Assembly (NCBI GenBank): GCA_029259175.1
Contig: JAPDJH010000009.1
Span: forward strand, 1 to 64,000
DNA from: Hadesarchaea archaeon
GTDB lineage: Archaea; Hadarchaeota; Hadarchaeia; Hadarchaeales; Hadarchaeaceae
Direction of reading: 5' to 3'
Length of the DNA stretch: 64,000 nucleotides
How positions within the stretch are numbered: position 1 is the stretch's first letter; every line of letters begins with the position of its first letter. The notes beneath the pieces were generated by a model that did not search any database, had not been told where the DNA came from, and saw only the letters and a list, made by a program, of their open reading frames with translations. Both the position numbers and the translations under genes were made by a program. Positions 1 through 8,233 of the stretch are shown piece by piece.

Positions 1-19
1 GCCGGATAAAAGGGTTGAA

Positions 20-37
20 TCTAGACACGTGTCTAGA
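20..37. repeat. Perfect 18-bp palindrome TCTAGACACGTGTCTAGA (copy 1)
   Basis: Read directly; self reverse-complementary. Confidence 0.95.
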
Positions 38-43
38 GGACAC

Positions 44-382
44 TCACGCCTCGACATTCGGCTTTCTAGACACGTGTCTAGAAGCCCGCCGAATTCCGAG
101 TTCACCGGAAACGTGAACGCTGAACTCGTGCCACCGGATCACGTTCCCGTAGCTTGAAAGCAACGCCCGAAGCTTGGGCGCGTGCTCTTTCGCAACCAGA
201 ATCGCCGATCCGGAGACCCACCTGAAGCCCCCTTCCGGTATCTCTCGGAGCACGCCCTCATAACCGCCGTAACCGGAGAGCTTCGCGTAGAACGTCTTGC
301 GCTCCGGGCTCGGGGTTTTTGCATCCCAAACAAAGAGCACGGCGCGCCTCCTTCTAGACACGTCTCTAGAAGTCTTCCGCAC
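44..382 (-). CDS. Small hypothetical protein, possibly Cas2/VapD-like ferredoxin fold
   Basis: 112 aa; VLFVWD strand ending in Asp, helix RKTFYAKLSGY, strand SGSAILV; TATA-like TTTATAAG about 35 nt upstream. Confidence 0.55.
   Translation of the reverse strand: MRKTSRDVSRRRRAVLFVWDAKTPSPERKTFYAKLSGYGGYEGVLREIPEGGFRWVSGSAILVAKEHAPKLRALLSSYGNVIRWHEFSVHVSGELGIRRASRHVSRKPNVEA
64..83. repeat. Palindrome copy 2, TTCTAGACACGTGTCTAGAA
   Basis: Identical 18-bp core at 65-82, 27 nt after copy 1. Confidence 0.95.
351..372. repeat. Palindrome copy 3, CTTCTAGACACGTCTCTAGAAG
   Basis: Core 353-370 has one mismatch to copies 1 and 2. Confidence 0.9.
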
Positions 383-598
383 TCGCGACCCACCGGAGTT
401 TTGAGCGAAGGCCGCTTATAAAGCCAAAAAAATGGGGCAACCGCCGCGGTAAAAACGACCGCCAGCCAATGTGGAACTGATGACCTAGTGCCAGATGCTG
501 GCCCGAGGATTCCCCCGCGGGGCCTGCCTGACCCGCACGCCCGAGGGCCCCAAACCAGCGTGCGAAGCGACCCTGAGAGGGGGCCAAAACAGCGGAAC

Positions 599-1774
599 CT
601 AAGTGCCTGTCTTTTTCAACGTCTCGCGCACTAAATAGAAAATTCCAGACCACAGCAGAAAAACCGGCACCCAGAGCAGGTAAGGCCACCAATCGAATCC
701 CGCCTCTCGAATGGGGCTCGTCTCGCTGATTTTCAAATCGCCACTCAGCTCGTGCAATGGGCCTTCGTATGTCAGAATCGTGAGCCAAGCGTTTTTGTCG
801 AACAAGTCAGCAACTGCGGGAGATATCCGACTAAGGTCTTTCTTATCCACGCTGAATTCTAACGAAACACCGTTGCTGGATTTTAACTGGAGGAACGAGC
901 TCATTATTTGGTCGGTATCCAGCGGGCCTTCAGTAATCGTTGCGAGAGTTATTGTAGTAGACCCCGAGGCCACGGAAGATATCTCAAGCGGATAATAAAG
1001 CGAATCGCTTTCGAACTGGTACACCAACGGGTTTATGCTACGTTCCTCCGTTCCCAGCTCAACCAAATCAAAAACGAAGTAGTTTATCTGATCCTCGAGG
1101 TATCTCGAAACTGAATTTTCCATCTCGGCAAGAGGCAGATCCAGCGCGATGCCCAAGTTTTCCAGGTATCCCTGAGCCCAGCCAACCAGCTCCCCGGCGT
1201 TTTCAGCTTTTACAACAGCGAGGTGGTGGGCGCCAATGTTCTCGTACCAGAGCACCTCCATCCCGCCGGTGGGGGTATAAGCATGCATCGATACGGGATA
1301 ATACGAATACAACAAGGCAAACTCCGCTATTAGGAATAGCCAAACGACCACGACCAGAGCTATCGGCACCCCGTGGCGTATTGCCAGTACGCTAGCCGCG
1401 AGTACGACAATGAGCACAGTCATAATAAAGGCTAAGAAAACTTGCGATCTTTTGAATTCCTTCTCATCTTGCAGGCTCCAAAGATAGCGGTTCACCAATG
1501 AAGACACATTCTCGAACGAGTCCCAGTCTCCCTCACTCACTACGGGCACCGAGGGTAACGGCAAAAGCTCTAGACCCCACGAGCTCTGGCTTGCGTAAAC
1601 ATCGGTAGCTAGAATCAGTATCTCGTTTTCACCATCCCACGCAACAATCGCCTTTTGACCTGGCTCATATACGGTGACCGGAGCGAGCACACCCTTGTCT
1701 GCCGATACCGAAGGGACAAAGAGTAAACAAATAAGGAGTACAAACACGGCCATTTTGAAGACTTGCGTGTTCAC
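599..1774 (-). CDS. Membrane/secreted DUF2330-like protein
   Basis: Signal peptide; EPGQKAIVAWDG..E.LIL and LLPLPS.P motifs; C-terminal TM helix. Confidence 0.7.
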   Translation of the reverse strand: MNTQVFKMAVFVLLICLLFVPSVSADKGVLAPVTVYEPGQKAIVAWDGENEILILATDVYASQSSWGLELLPLPSVPVVSEGDWDSFENVSSLVNRYLWSLQDEKEFKRSQVFLAFIMTVLIVVLAASVLAIRHGVPIALVVVVWLFLIAEFALLYSYYPVSMHAYTPTGGMEVLWYENIGAHHLAVVKAENAGELVGWAQGYLENLGIALDLPLAEMENSVSRYLEDQINYFVFDLVELGTEERSINPLVYQFESDSLYYPLEISSVASGSTTITLATITEGPLDTDQIMSSFLQLKSSNGVSLEFSVDKKDLSRISPAVADLFDKNAWLTILTYEGPLHELSGDLKISETSPIREAGFDWWPYLLWVPVFLLWSGIFYLVRETLKKTGT

Positions 1775-1787
1775 CGGATCCCCGCCC

Positions 1788-2861
1788 CTATCCCTTGCAC
1801 CACGCCACCACGCGCTCGAAGAGGGCTGATCCGTCTGCTGGTTCGAGCACGAATTCGTTCCCCCGCTTTCGGTAGCGCTCCGCCACGGGCTCCGGATCAG
1901 CCATCGATGGCTCGAACGATTTCAGCTCCTTCAGCTGGAGCGGCGTCGAAATCAGGCCCGTCTTGAAGTGCATCGAGTAGGGGGCGCGCACATCCCCCAT
2001 CGGCTTGATTATCGAAGCGTCCAGCAGAACCTTGTCCTCCCGCAGTTCTTTCTTGGCCGTTTCCGCGGTGGTCAGCCCGGGGAGCTGCTTCGCCACCTCC
2101 GCTTCGACAAACCGTACAATGTCGGAGTAAAAAGTGAAGAGATTGCGCTGACGCCGTTCGGTCCGCAAACGCTTGGGCTGATAATCCTTGGGGAGATCGT
2201 GGGGTTCGAACCGCGCCCAGAGCTGGTAGCCGCGGGAGCCGCTGAACTTCAGAGCTGGCCTCACACCATAGTCCTTCAGCACGCCGAACGCCGCCTCTAC
2301 CACCCGTTTCACATCTCCGGACTTCACGCGCTTCCCGGCGTCAAAGTCGATCACGAGCCAGTCGGGGCGGTCGGAGTTCGGGCGGTGGATGTAGGGGATG
2401 AAGTCGATGCCGTGGACGTCGAGCCACCACTGGACATCGCGCTCGCTGCGGATCGTGATGTAGCGGGGTCCGAGCTTGCGCTGCAGCCATGCGCGCCCCG
2501 TGAACAGACGGAACACGGAGACCCAGCGACCCTTGCAGAACTCCAACAGGGCATCGACCACGTGAGGATAGTAGCGCTTGGCCCGGTAGACTTTGAGATA
2601 GTCCTGGTTGAGTTCCTCCCTGATCTGTCGCCAGCGCTTTTCGAAGTGCTCGCGCCCCTTGTCCGAGATCGCGAACTCGCCCTCTTTTTCTTCCATCAGC
2701 CCGCGGGAGATGAGGGAATCCAGGAGTTTGCGTATCTCGGCCTGAGTGAAATCGCGCTTTGCATCCCGGCGGACCTTCTCCCGGATGTGCTCCAGATCCA
2801 CGAACTTGCCCTTGCGCTTGATCGCGAGCGACATCAGGAGGTGATCTTCCGGAGTGGCCAT
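1788..2861 (-). CDS. LigD PolDom-type AEP primase-polymerase with N-terminal winged helix
   Basis: PDWLVIDFD (DxD), KFSGSRGYQ, LLDAS..RAPYS motifs; N-terminal LDSLISRGLMEEKEGEFAISDKGR wHTH pattern. Confidence 0.85.
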   Translation of the reverse strand: MATPEDHLLMSLAIKRKGKFVDLEHIREKVRRDAKRDFTQAEIRKLLDSLISRGLMEEKEGEFAISDKGREHFEKRWRQIREELNQDYLKVYRAKRYYPHVVDALLEFCKGRWVSVFRLFTGRAWLQRKLGPRYITIRSERDVQWWLDVHGIDFIPYIHRPNSDRPDWLVIDFDAGKRVKSGDVKRVVEAAFGVLKDYGVRPALKFSGSRGYQLWARFEPHDLPKDYQPKRLRTERRQRNLFTFYSDIVRFVEAEVAKQLPGLTTAETAKKELREDKVLLDASIIKPMGDVRAPYSMHFKTGLISTPLQLKELKSFEPSMADPEPVAERYRKRGNEFVLEPADGSALFERVVAWCKG

Positions 2862-2981
2862 CCCTGCTCCCCATTCTGTGTTGGACCTTTCGGTTTATAT
2901 CAGGTCACGAAAAAGCAGGGCACTCACTGTGAGCGCGAACCACAGATCCGTCACGACGGCGTTCTAGAGACACTAGACCCG

Positions 2982-3152
2982 CTACTTCCCGATCTCGTTG
3001 ATCTTGCTCCCGAGTTCGCGCTCTGCGCACTTCCAGCAAACGAAGACGCCCTTGGCCTCTCCCGGGCGCACCAGCTTCACATAGGCGGAATCATAGCTCA
3101 TTATCTGAATCTTCTTGCCGCAGACGGCACACTTCGGACCTCCGACTCGCAT
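2982..3152 (-). CDS. Small zinc-finger protein (56 aa, absent from the ORF track)
   Basis: Manual translation MRVGGPKCAVCGKKIQIMSYDSAYVKLVRPGEAKGVFVCWKCAERELGSKINEIGK; two CxxC motifs. Confidence 0.75.
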   Translation of the reverse strand: MRVGGPKCAVCGKKIQIMSYDSAYVKLVRPGEAKGVFVCWKCAERELGSKINEIGK

Positions 3153-3412
3153 CAGCCACTATTTCTGCCGCGCGAATTAATAGTTTTATCGAACCCGCAT
3201 TGTCAATTCCGCGAGGACCGGTTGGTTTGCCCTCGGTTTTGAACCCGAGCGCTGGCTCAAGTTCTACCGCAAGTATGGTGTTTGGAAGCGGCTATTCAAG
3301 GTTGAGACCCGCCCAAACTGTGAAACACGTTTCAAGACAGTTTACTAAGTAAAATCAAAAAATGCATAGTAAATTATATACACGCATAGTACAAAGGAAA
3401 AACGGTGAAACG

Positions 3413-3646
3413 ATGGCCGTCAGCAAGATTTCCAAGAAATACCTTACCTCAGTCCCGGCTGAGATTCGAAAAGCTTTTGCGCTGAAAGCTGGGGACGAAC
3501 TGGATTGGTTACCGATGGGGACCGAAATCTTGGTGAGACCAAGGAAGAGGAAACACGTCAGCTTATCCTCACTTATCGGAATCTTGGAAACGCGCCCCAC
3601 CAATGTCACCAGAGATCACGATAGAACCCTGTACGGAGCAGAGTGA
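3413..3646 (+). CDS. AbrB/MazE-family antitoxin
   Basis: SKISKKYLTSVPAEIRKAFALKAGDELDW; GGTGA RBS; upstream TTTACT-A-AGTAAA palindrome and two GCATAGTA copies. Confidence 0.9.
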   Translation: MAVSKISKKYLTSVPAEIRKAFALKAGDELDWLPMGTEILVRPRKRKHVSLSSLIGILETRPTNVTRDHDRTLYGAE

Positions 3647-3650
3647 TAGA

Positions 3651-4073
3651 GTGTACTTCATAGACTCGGTTGTACTGGCCGCCGCCGCTCTCAAACGTGA
3701 CGCCATGCATAAGAAGGCCTCGGAAATCCTGCGCAGATTAATCGCGAGTGGATCCAAAGCATGTTTTTCCGATTTCATCTTGGCTGAAACCCTCACACTC
3801 ATACGGTTCAGCGGACGCGGCGGAGCCGAGGCATCCAACCGTGCCCATGAGATCCTCACATCCACCAAAACTCTTGAACTGATGAGGCTTACAGATAGGG
3901 AGCTGGAACTCGCCGCCGAGCTGTTTAAAAAATATCCTCGGCTCAGCTTCGTCGATGCCACAACGGTGGCGCTGATGTACTCCAGAAAAATAAAGAGGAT
4001 TCTGTCGTTTGACCAAGATTTTGATTCGGTACCTGGAATCGAAAGGATCGAAGAAATCGGCCTTGGGCGGTGA
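3651..4073 (+). CDS. vapC: PIN-domain VapC toxin
   Basis: YFIDS, ETL, LSFVDA, SFDQDFD motifs; directly after the AbrB gene. Confidence 0.9.
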   Translation: MYFIDSVVLAAAALKRDAMHKKASEILRRLIASGSKACFSDFILAETLTLIRFSGRGGAEASNRAHEILTSTKTLELMRLTDRELELAAELFKKYPRLSFVDATTVALMYSRKIKRILSFDQDFDSVPGIERIEEIGLGR

Positions 4074-4287
4074 GGCGCACCGGGTGTTTGAAGACCGCTA
4101 TGACGACCGCATATAATATTCAGGTGCCCCGTCGTCGAGATCCTTAGTCGGGAGGCGCTTCGCCATCTCCTCGTTCAAAAAATCTCGCCCTGCCTCTCAG
4201 AGATTTTTCTTGCCGCTGCAGCACCGCATTGTGCTGCAGGACTCAACGCGTTTATAACCCTCCGCCCGCATTACGATACACGAGAAC

Positions 4288-4953
4288 ATGCTTCCGTTGC
4301 TCAAGCCGCGCAGCCTGGACTTGGAGGAGCTCATGCGCGTGCAGCGGCGCGTGGCAAAACTCGTAAAACAGAAAGACGGCTTCGAGCGCTTGGAGCGCAT
4401 CGCGGGTTGCGACATATCCTTTGCGCGAGGTGAAATCGCGTACGCTGCGTGCTGCGTGCTGGACTACCGGACGCTCGAACCACAATTGGAACGCGTCAAG
4501 CGCGTCAGACTTAAGTTCCCCTATATCCCGACGTTTCTGGCGTTCCGCGAACTCGACGGGATGCTCCAAGTGCTCCGGGGAGGAGAGGCGGACGTTTACA
4601 TGGTGGGGGCGCAGGGGCTGGCACACCCGCGCAGGGCCGGTTTGGCATGCCACCTCGGTGTGGTGCTCGATCGGCCAACACTGGGCGTCGCGAAGAGCAG
4701 ACTGGTTGGCGAGGCCGAGATGCCCAGCGATGAGCCCGGAGCCTACACGCTGCTCAGGCACGAGGGAGAGGTCGTGGGAGCGGTGCTCCGGACCAAGCGG
4801 GGGGCAAGACCCGTCTATGTGAGCGTGGGGCACAAGCTGAGGCTCGAGACTGCGGTGCGCATAGCGCTCGAGACGACGCGGGGGTACCGCCTGCCGGAAC
4901 CCCTGCGGGCAGCCCACGAACTCGCAACACGCGCGATGAGGGAGGAGAGATGA
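4288..4953 (+). CDS. nfi: Endonuclease V
   Basis: IAGCDISF, FPYIPTFLAFRE, HPRRAGLACHLG, GVAKS, YVSVGH, YRLPEP. Confidence 0.95.
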   Translation: MLPLLKPRSLDLEELMRVQRRVAKLVKQKDGFERLERIAGCDISFARGEIAYAACCVLDYRTLEPQLERVKRVRLKFPYIPTFLAFRELDGMLQVLRGGEADVYMVGAQGLAHPRRAGLACHLGVVLDRPTLGVAKSRLVGEAEMPSDEPGAYTLLRHEGEVVGAVLRTKRGARPVYVSVGHKLRLETAVRIALETTRGYRLPEPLRAAHELATRAMREER

Positions 4954-5792
4954 GAGTCGGACTCTCGACCCTGCTCTTTCCCTGGTGGACGCTCGAGCGC
5001 GCGGTCGATGTCTGTCTCGAGCTCGGGGCTGAACACGTCGAAATCATCTGCGATTTCCCCTACTTCGTCCCGGGAAAGCCCAAGCCGGATCTGCGGCGCG
5101 TGAAGAGGGCTCTTCAAGACCACGGGGCAAGTGTTTCGGTGCACGCGAGCTTCTGGGATCTGAACCCCGGAAGCCACTTGCCGGAGCTGCGCAGGCTCAC
5201 GCTCAAGCGCCTGAAGCTCGGCATCGAGACCTGCGCCAGAGTGGGCGGAGATCTGGTGGTGCTACACGCGGGGCGGTGCCCCATTCCCGAATTGCGGTGG
5301 CTCTGGGAGGGAACGCGGAGGTTCTACGAGCTCACGCTGCGCGAGTGTCTGAAGCTCGCTAAAAAGCACGGGATAACGCTCGCGCTGGAGAACGGGAGTT
5401 CGGCCTTCGGTCCATACGCGACGCTCGAGGAGCTCGCGGGCTTCCTGAGCGGGCGCGGCGAGGAGATCGGGGCCTGCTTCGACGTCGGGCACGCGCACCT
5501 CGAGGCGTGCAGGCGCGGGCTCCGGAGCTCTAGGACCTTCATCGCCCGCTGGCTGCGCAGGCTCGGCAGGCGCGTGATCCACATGCACGTGCACGACAAC
5601 CACGGAGAGCACGACGAGCACCTGGTTCCGGGCGAGGGGACCATAGACTTCGCGGGCGTGGCGCGCGCGGTGAGGCGGGCGGGCTACGACGGGGCGCTGG
5701 TCGTTGAGCTCTACACGGCCCGCGGGCCCCTGCGCGCCGGCAGGCTGGGGCTCCAGCGGGTGCGGGAGTTTTTCGGAATTTCAGACGTTTGA
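4950..5792 (+). CDS. Sugar-phosphate isomerase/AP_endonuc_2 TIM-barrel protein
   Basis: LALEN, CFDVGHA, HMHVHDNHGEHDEHLVPGEGTIDF; ATGA overlap with nfi. Confidence 0.9.
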   Translation: MRVGLSTLLFPWWTLERAVDVCLELGAEHVEIICDFPYFVPGKPKPDLRRVKRALQDHGASVSVHASFWDLNPGSHLPELRRLTLKRLKLGIETCARVGGDLVVLHAGRCPIPELRWLWEGTRRFYELTLRECLKLAKKHGITLALENGSSAFGPYATLEELAGFLSGRGEEIGACFDVGHAHLEACRRGLRSSRTFIARWLRRLGRRVIHMHVHDNHGEHDEHLVPGEGTIDFAGVARAVRRAGYDGALVVELYTARGPLRAGRLGLQRVREFFGISDV

Positions 5793-5863
5793 TTCTATTT
5801 CCATTAAGCCCAAGATCACAACCAAGCCAACCCTTAAATACGCCATAAATAATAGAGTTATTT

Positions 5864-7105
5864 GTGGAGTATTATCCAAGAAAAATCGAAGAAAAAATGG
5901 ACAAGTGGATCAAGCGGCCGGAAATCCTCATAGTAAAGGGACCGAGGCAGGCTGGCAAAACAACCCTTCTACTGCATCTGGCGGAGAAGCTCGGCGGGAA
6001 ATACGCGAGCTTGGAGGACGAGGACTTCAAAAACTCGCTCGAACGCGACCCCAAGAGCTTCGCGCGGAGGTTCATGGAGGGGCGAAAAACGGTTCTGCTG
6101 CTGGACGAGGCGCAGTATCTCAGGGATGTGGGAAAACGTCTGAAGCTGATCTACGACCTCTACTCGGACCGCCTCAAGCTCATCGTGACGGGCTCCGGGT
6201 CGTTTGACGTGAAGGTCGAGGTCGGGAAGTACTTGGTCGGCAGGGCAGCGTACTTCGAGCTACTCCCGCTCAGCTTCGAGGAGTTCCTGATGTGGAAGGC
6301 CCGGGATCTCCATAAGCTCTTCGCGGACCGAAAAAAGGAAATCGTGGAGTTCGTGAAAACCGGGAAGAGACCGGATATAAGCGTGGTGTTTGAGCGGGAA
6401 TTCCGGGAGCTGCTGGAAGAGTACCTCCTGTTCGGCGGTTATCCCGCAGTGGTGAAGGAAGACGACCGGGAGATGAAAACCGAGCTACTCCGGAATCTGG
6501 CGAGGACCTACTTGGAGAAGGATGTGTTCTTCTTCTTTGATGTCCGGCATTTGGAGACCTTCAACAGCTTCATGAAGTACCTGGCTGTCGCCAACGGTGC
6601 CCTCCTGAACGTCTCGAGCGTTATGCGCGAGCTCGGGATGGACTACAAAACGGTGCGCCACTATCTCTCGGTTCTCCAGCACACCTATGTGATCACTCGC
6701 GTGGCACCATTCCACAGAAACCGCGCAACGGAGCTGAAGAAGGCAGCCAAGGTGTATTTCGTGGACACCGGGCTCAGGAATTCGATTGCGGGCGGGTTTG
6801 CCCCCCTCGAGACCAGAGTGGATCGAGGGGTGCTTCTTGAGAACTTCATCCTCAACGAGCTTCGAGCGCTCGGGGAGGTCAGGTACTGGCGGACCACGGG
6901 GAAGGCCGAGGTGGACTTCGTGCTCCAGCTCGAGGGCGATATCGTGCCGGTGGAGGTGAAGACCGAAGCCAGGGCAGGGAGGGGGTTTCTCAGCTTCATC
7001 CAGAGCTACAGGCCGGCGAGAGCCCTCGTCTTCACTCTCCGGAAATTCGGGGTGAGGAGAATAGGCGGCACGCGGGTGCTGATGGTTCCGCACTTCTTCG
7101 TGTGA
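5864..7105 (+). CDS. AAA_14 / DUF4143 ATPase
   Basis: GPRQAGKTT, LLDEAQ, TGSGS, GGYP, KVYFVDTG, EVDFV..PVEVK. Confidence 0.92.
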   Translation: MEYYPRKIEEKMDKWIKRPEILIVKGPRQAGKTTLLLHLAEKLGGKYASLEDEDFKNSLERDPKSFARRFMEGRKTVLLLDEAQYLRDVGKRLKLIYDLYSDRLKLIVTGSGSFDVKVEVGKYLVGRAAYFELLPLSFEEFLMWKARDLHKLFADRKKEIVEFVKTGKRPDISVVFEREFRELLEEYLLFGGYPAVVKEDDREMKTELLRNLARTYLEKDVFFFFDVRHLETFNSFMKYLAVANGALLNVSSVMRELGMDYKTVRHYLSVLQHTYVITRVAPFHRNRATELKKAAKVYFVDTGLRNSIAGGFAPLETRVDRGVLLENFILNELRALGEVRYWRTTGKAEVDFVLQLEGDIVPVEVKTEARAGRGFLSFIQSYRPARALVFTLRKFGVRRIGGTRVLMVPHFFV

Positions 7106-7309
7106 GCCAAAGGGGCTTGCGTCACGGCCAAGGACTGACCTTTAGAATTGTTAAAAGTTTTTAAATTTTTCTAAAAGAATTAAAGTTTTTAATTTTTCTT
7201 CTGTGACCAGCCGACCTTAGAATTGTTTCCAAAACGCTGAGGTTCAACCGCGTCGGCCAGCACTGAAGTCTGAATTTTCCGGTTCTGGAAATCACGTCCA
7301 CGATTCGAA

Positions 7310-7585
7310 TTCGACAGGCGATCGTCCGGGCCCGAGAGAAAACACCGACAGGACGAAGGATGGGAACAGAATCGTCGAAGGAACTCATGAAAACATGACG
7401 AGACCTGATGTCTACGAAGGCTTTCCCGAGCACTGCAATAAGATTCATGTGAAAGTCGAACGGGGAGACGGCAGCACGGCCGAGGCGGTGGGTGTCACCC
7501 GGCCTGCGTGGGTTGAGAAGGACTGAAGCCGAGCAGGAAGTATCTTGAACACCTGTTGCGGGAAAGTGATTTGCTTTCTGACAGG
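7310..7585 (+). pseudogene. Frameshifted gamma-glutamylcyclotransferase relic
   Basis: Fragments DGNRIVEG..DVYEGFPEH..VKVERGDG and, in another frame, GLKPSRKYLEHLL. Confidence 0.6.
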
Positions 7586-7689
7586 TCGGGGGAAATCAAA
7601 AACGTTAAGTTAAAAACCAAAAAGGGTTTCCTGACCTTAACGGTTGAATGTCCTAGGAGTAAGACTTATGTCTCTCTAAAAGAAATTCC

Positions 7690-8115
7690 AACTGGCGGGT
7701 AAGTCCAAGCCGACTGTGTGCCGTAAGGTACACCGACGACCGGCTTGGGTCCGCCGTTTTTCCATAAAAACCATCTCGTCCTTGTTCACGATCTTGCCTT
7801 GAGTTTGAAGTACTCTTCATCCCCGACACAGAATTTTCGATTGATATTCCGAACAACGAAATCCGCCTGTGGTGGCGCTCGAAGTGCCTCGAGACCTTGC
7901 GCGTCGACAGCCTTTCGAAGTGCAAATCGACCGCCTCGGCGACCACGCGCTTGGGATAGTGGAGCCCTAAGAAGCCGTCGTCGGAGGTAAAGCGGCGCCC
8001 GCATCCCTTGCAGAGCCAGCGCTGCTTGCTACCGAAACGGTTATACCGCTTGCCCGCCTTAACTACATCTGCCGATTCACAGAATCGGCACCGGGGCTTG
8101 GTCGTGGATTTTTCT
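7690..8115 (-). mobile_element. Degraded IS6-like transposase (zinc ribbon + HTH, DDE core largely lost)
   Basis: CRFCESADVVKAGKRYNRFGSKQRWLCKGCGRRF; AVDLHFERLSTRKV; frameshifted GDEEYFKLK. Confidence 0.75.
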
Positions 8116-8233
8116 CCCTAACCGTCGCCCCGGGCCCAACCCCCAACTTACTTCAGGAGTTCTCGACTAAAATTATCTCCCGAGTTTAGAACAAAGCTTC
8201 ATCATACAAAGTACTTGCGAACACGGAGCTGGT

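Noticed and set aside
20-372. CRISPR array
   Set aside because: The repeat is only 18 bp and fully palindromic, spacing is irregular (27 and 270 nt), and no cas1 is visible; reported as a repeat finding instead
430-490. Fluoride riboswitch or hammerhead ribozyme (CTGATGA)
   Set aside because: Required pairings and the GAAA core are not found, and there is no suitable downstream gene on that strand
1968-3242. 424-aa plus-strand ORF
   Set aside because: Antisense shadow of the PrimPol and zinc-finger genes; no motifs
3230-3348. Short frame FEPERWLKFYRKYGVWKRLF and a weak GGTGTTTG..AAG repeat flanking the TA pair
   Set aside because: No recognisable family; the repeat is too degenerate to call a target-site duplication
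8153-8205. Minus-strand ATGATGA...CTGA C/D-box sRNA candidate
   Set aside because: No convincing D'/C' boxes or recognisable guide sequence
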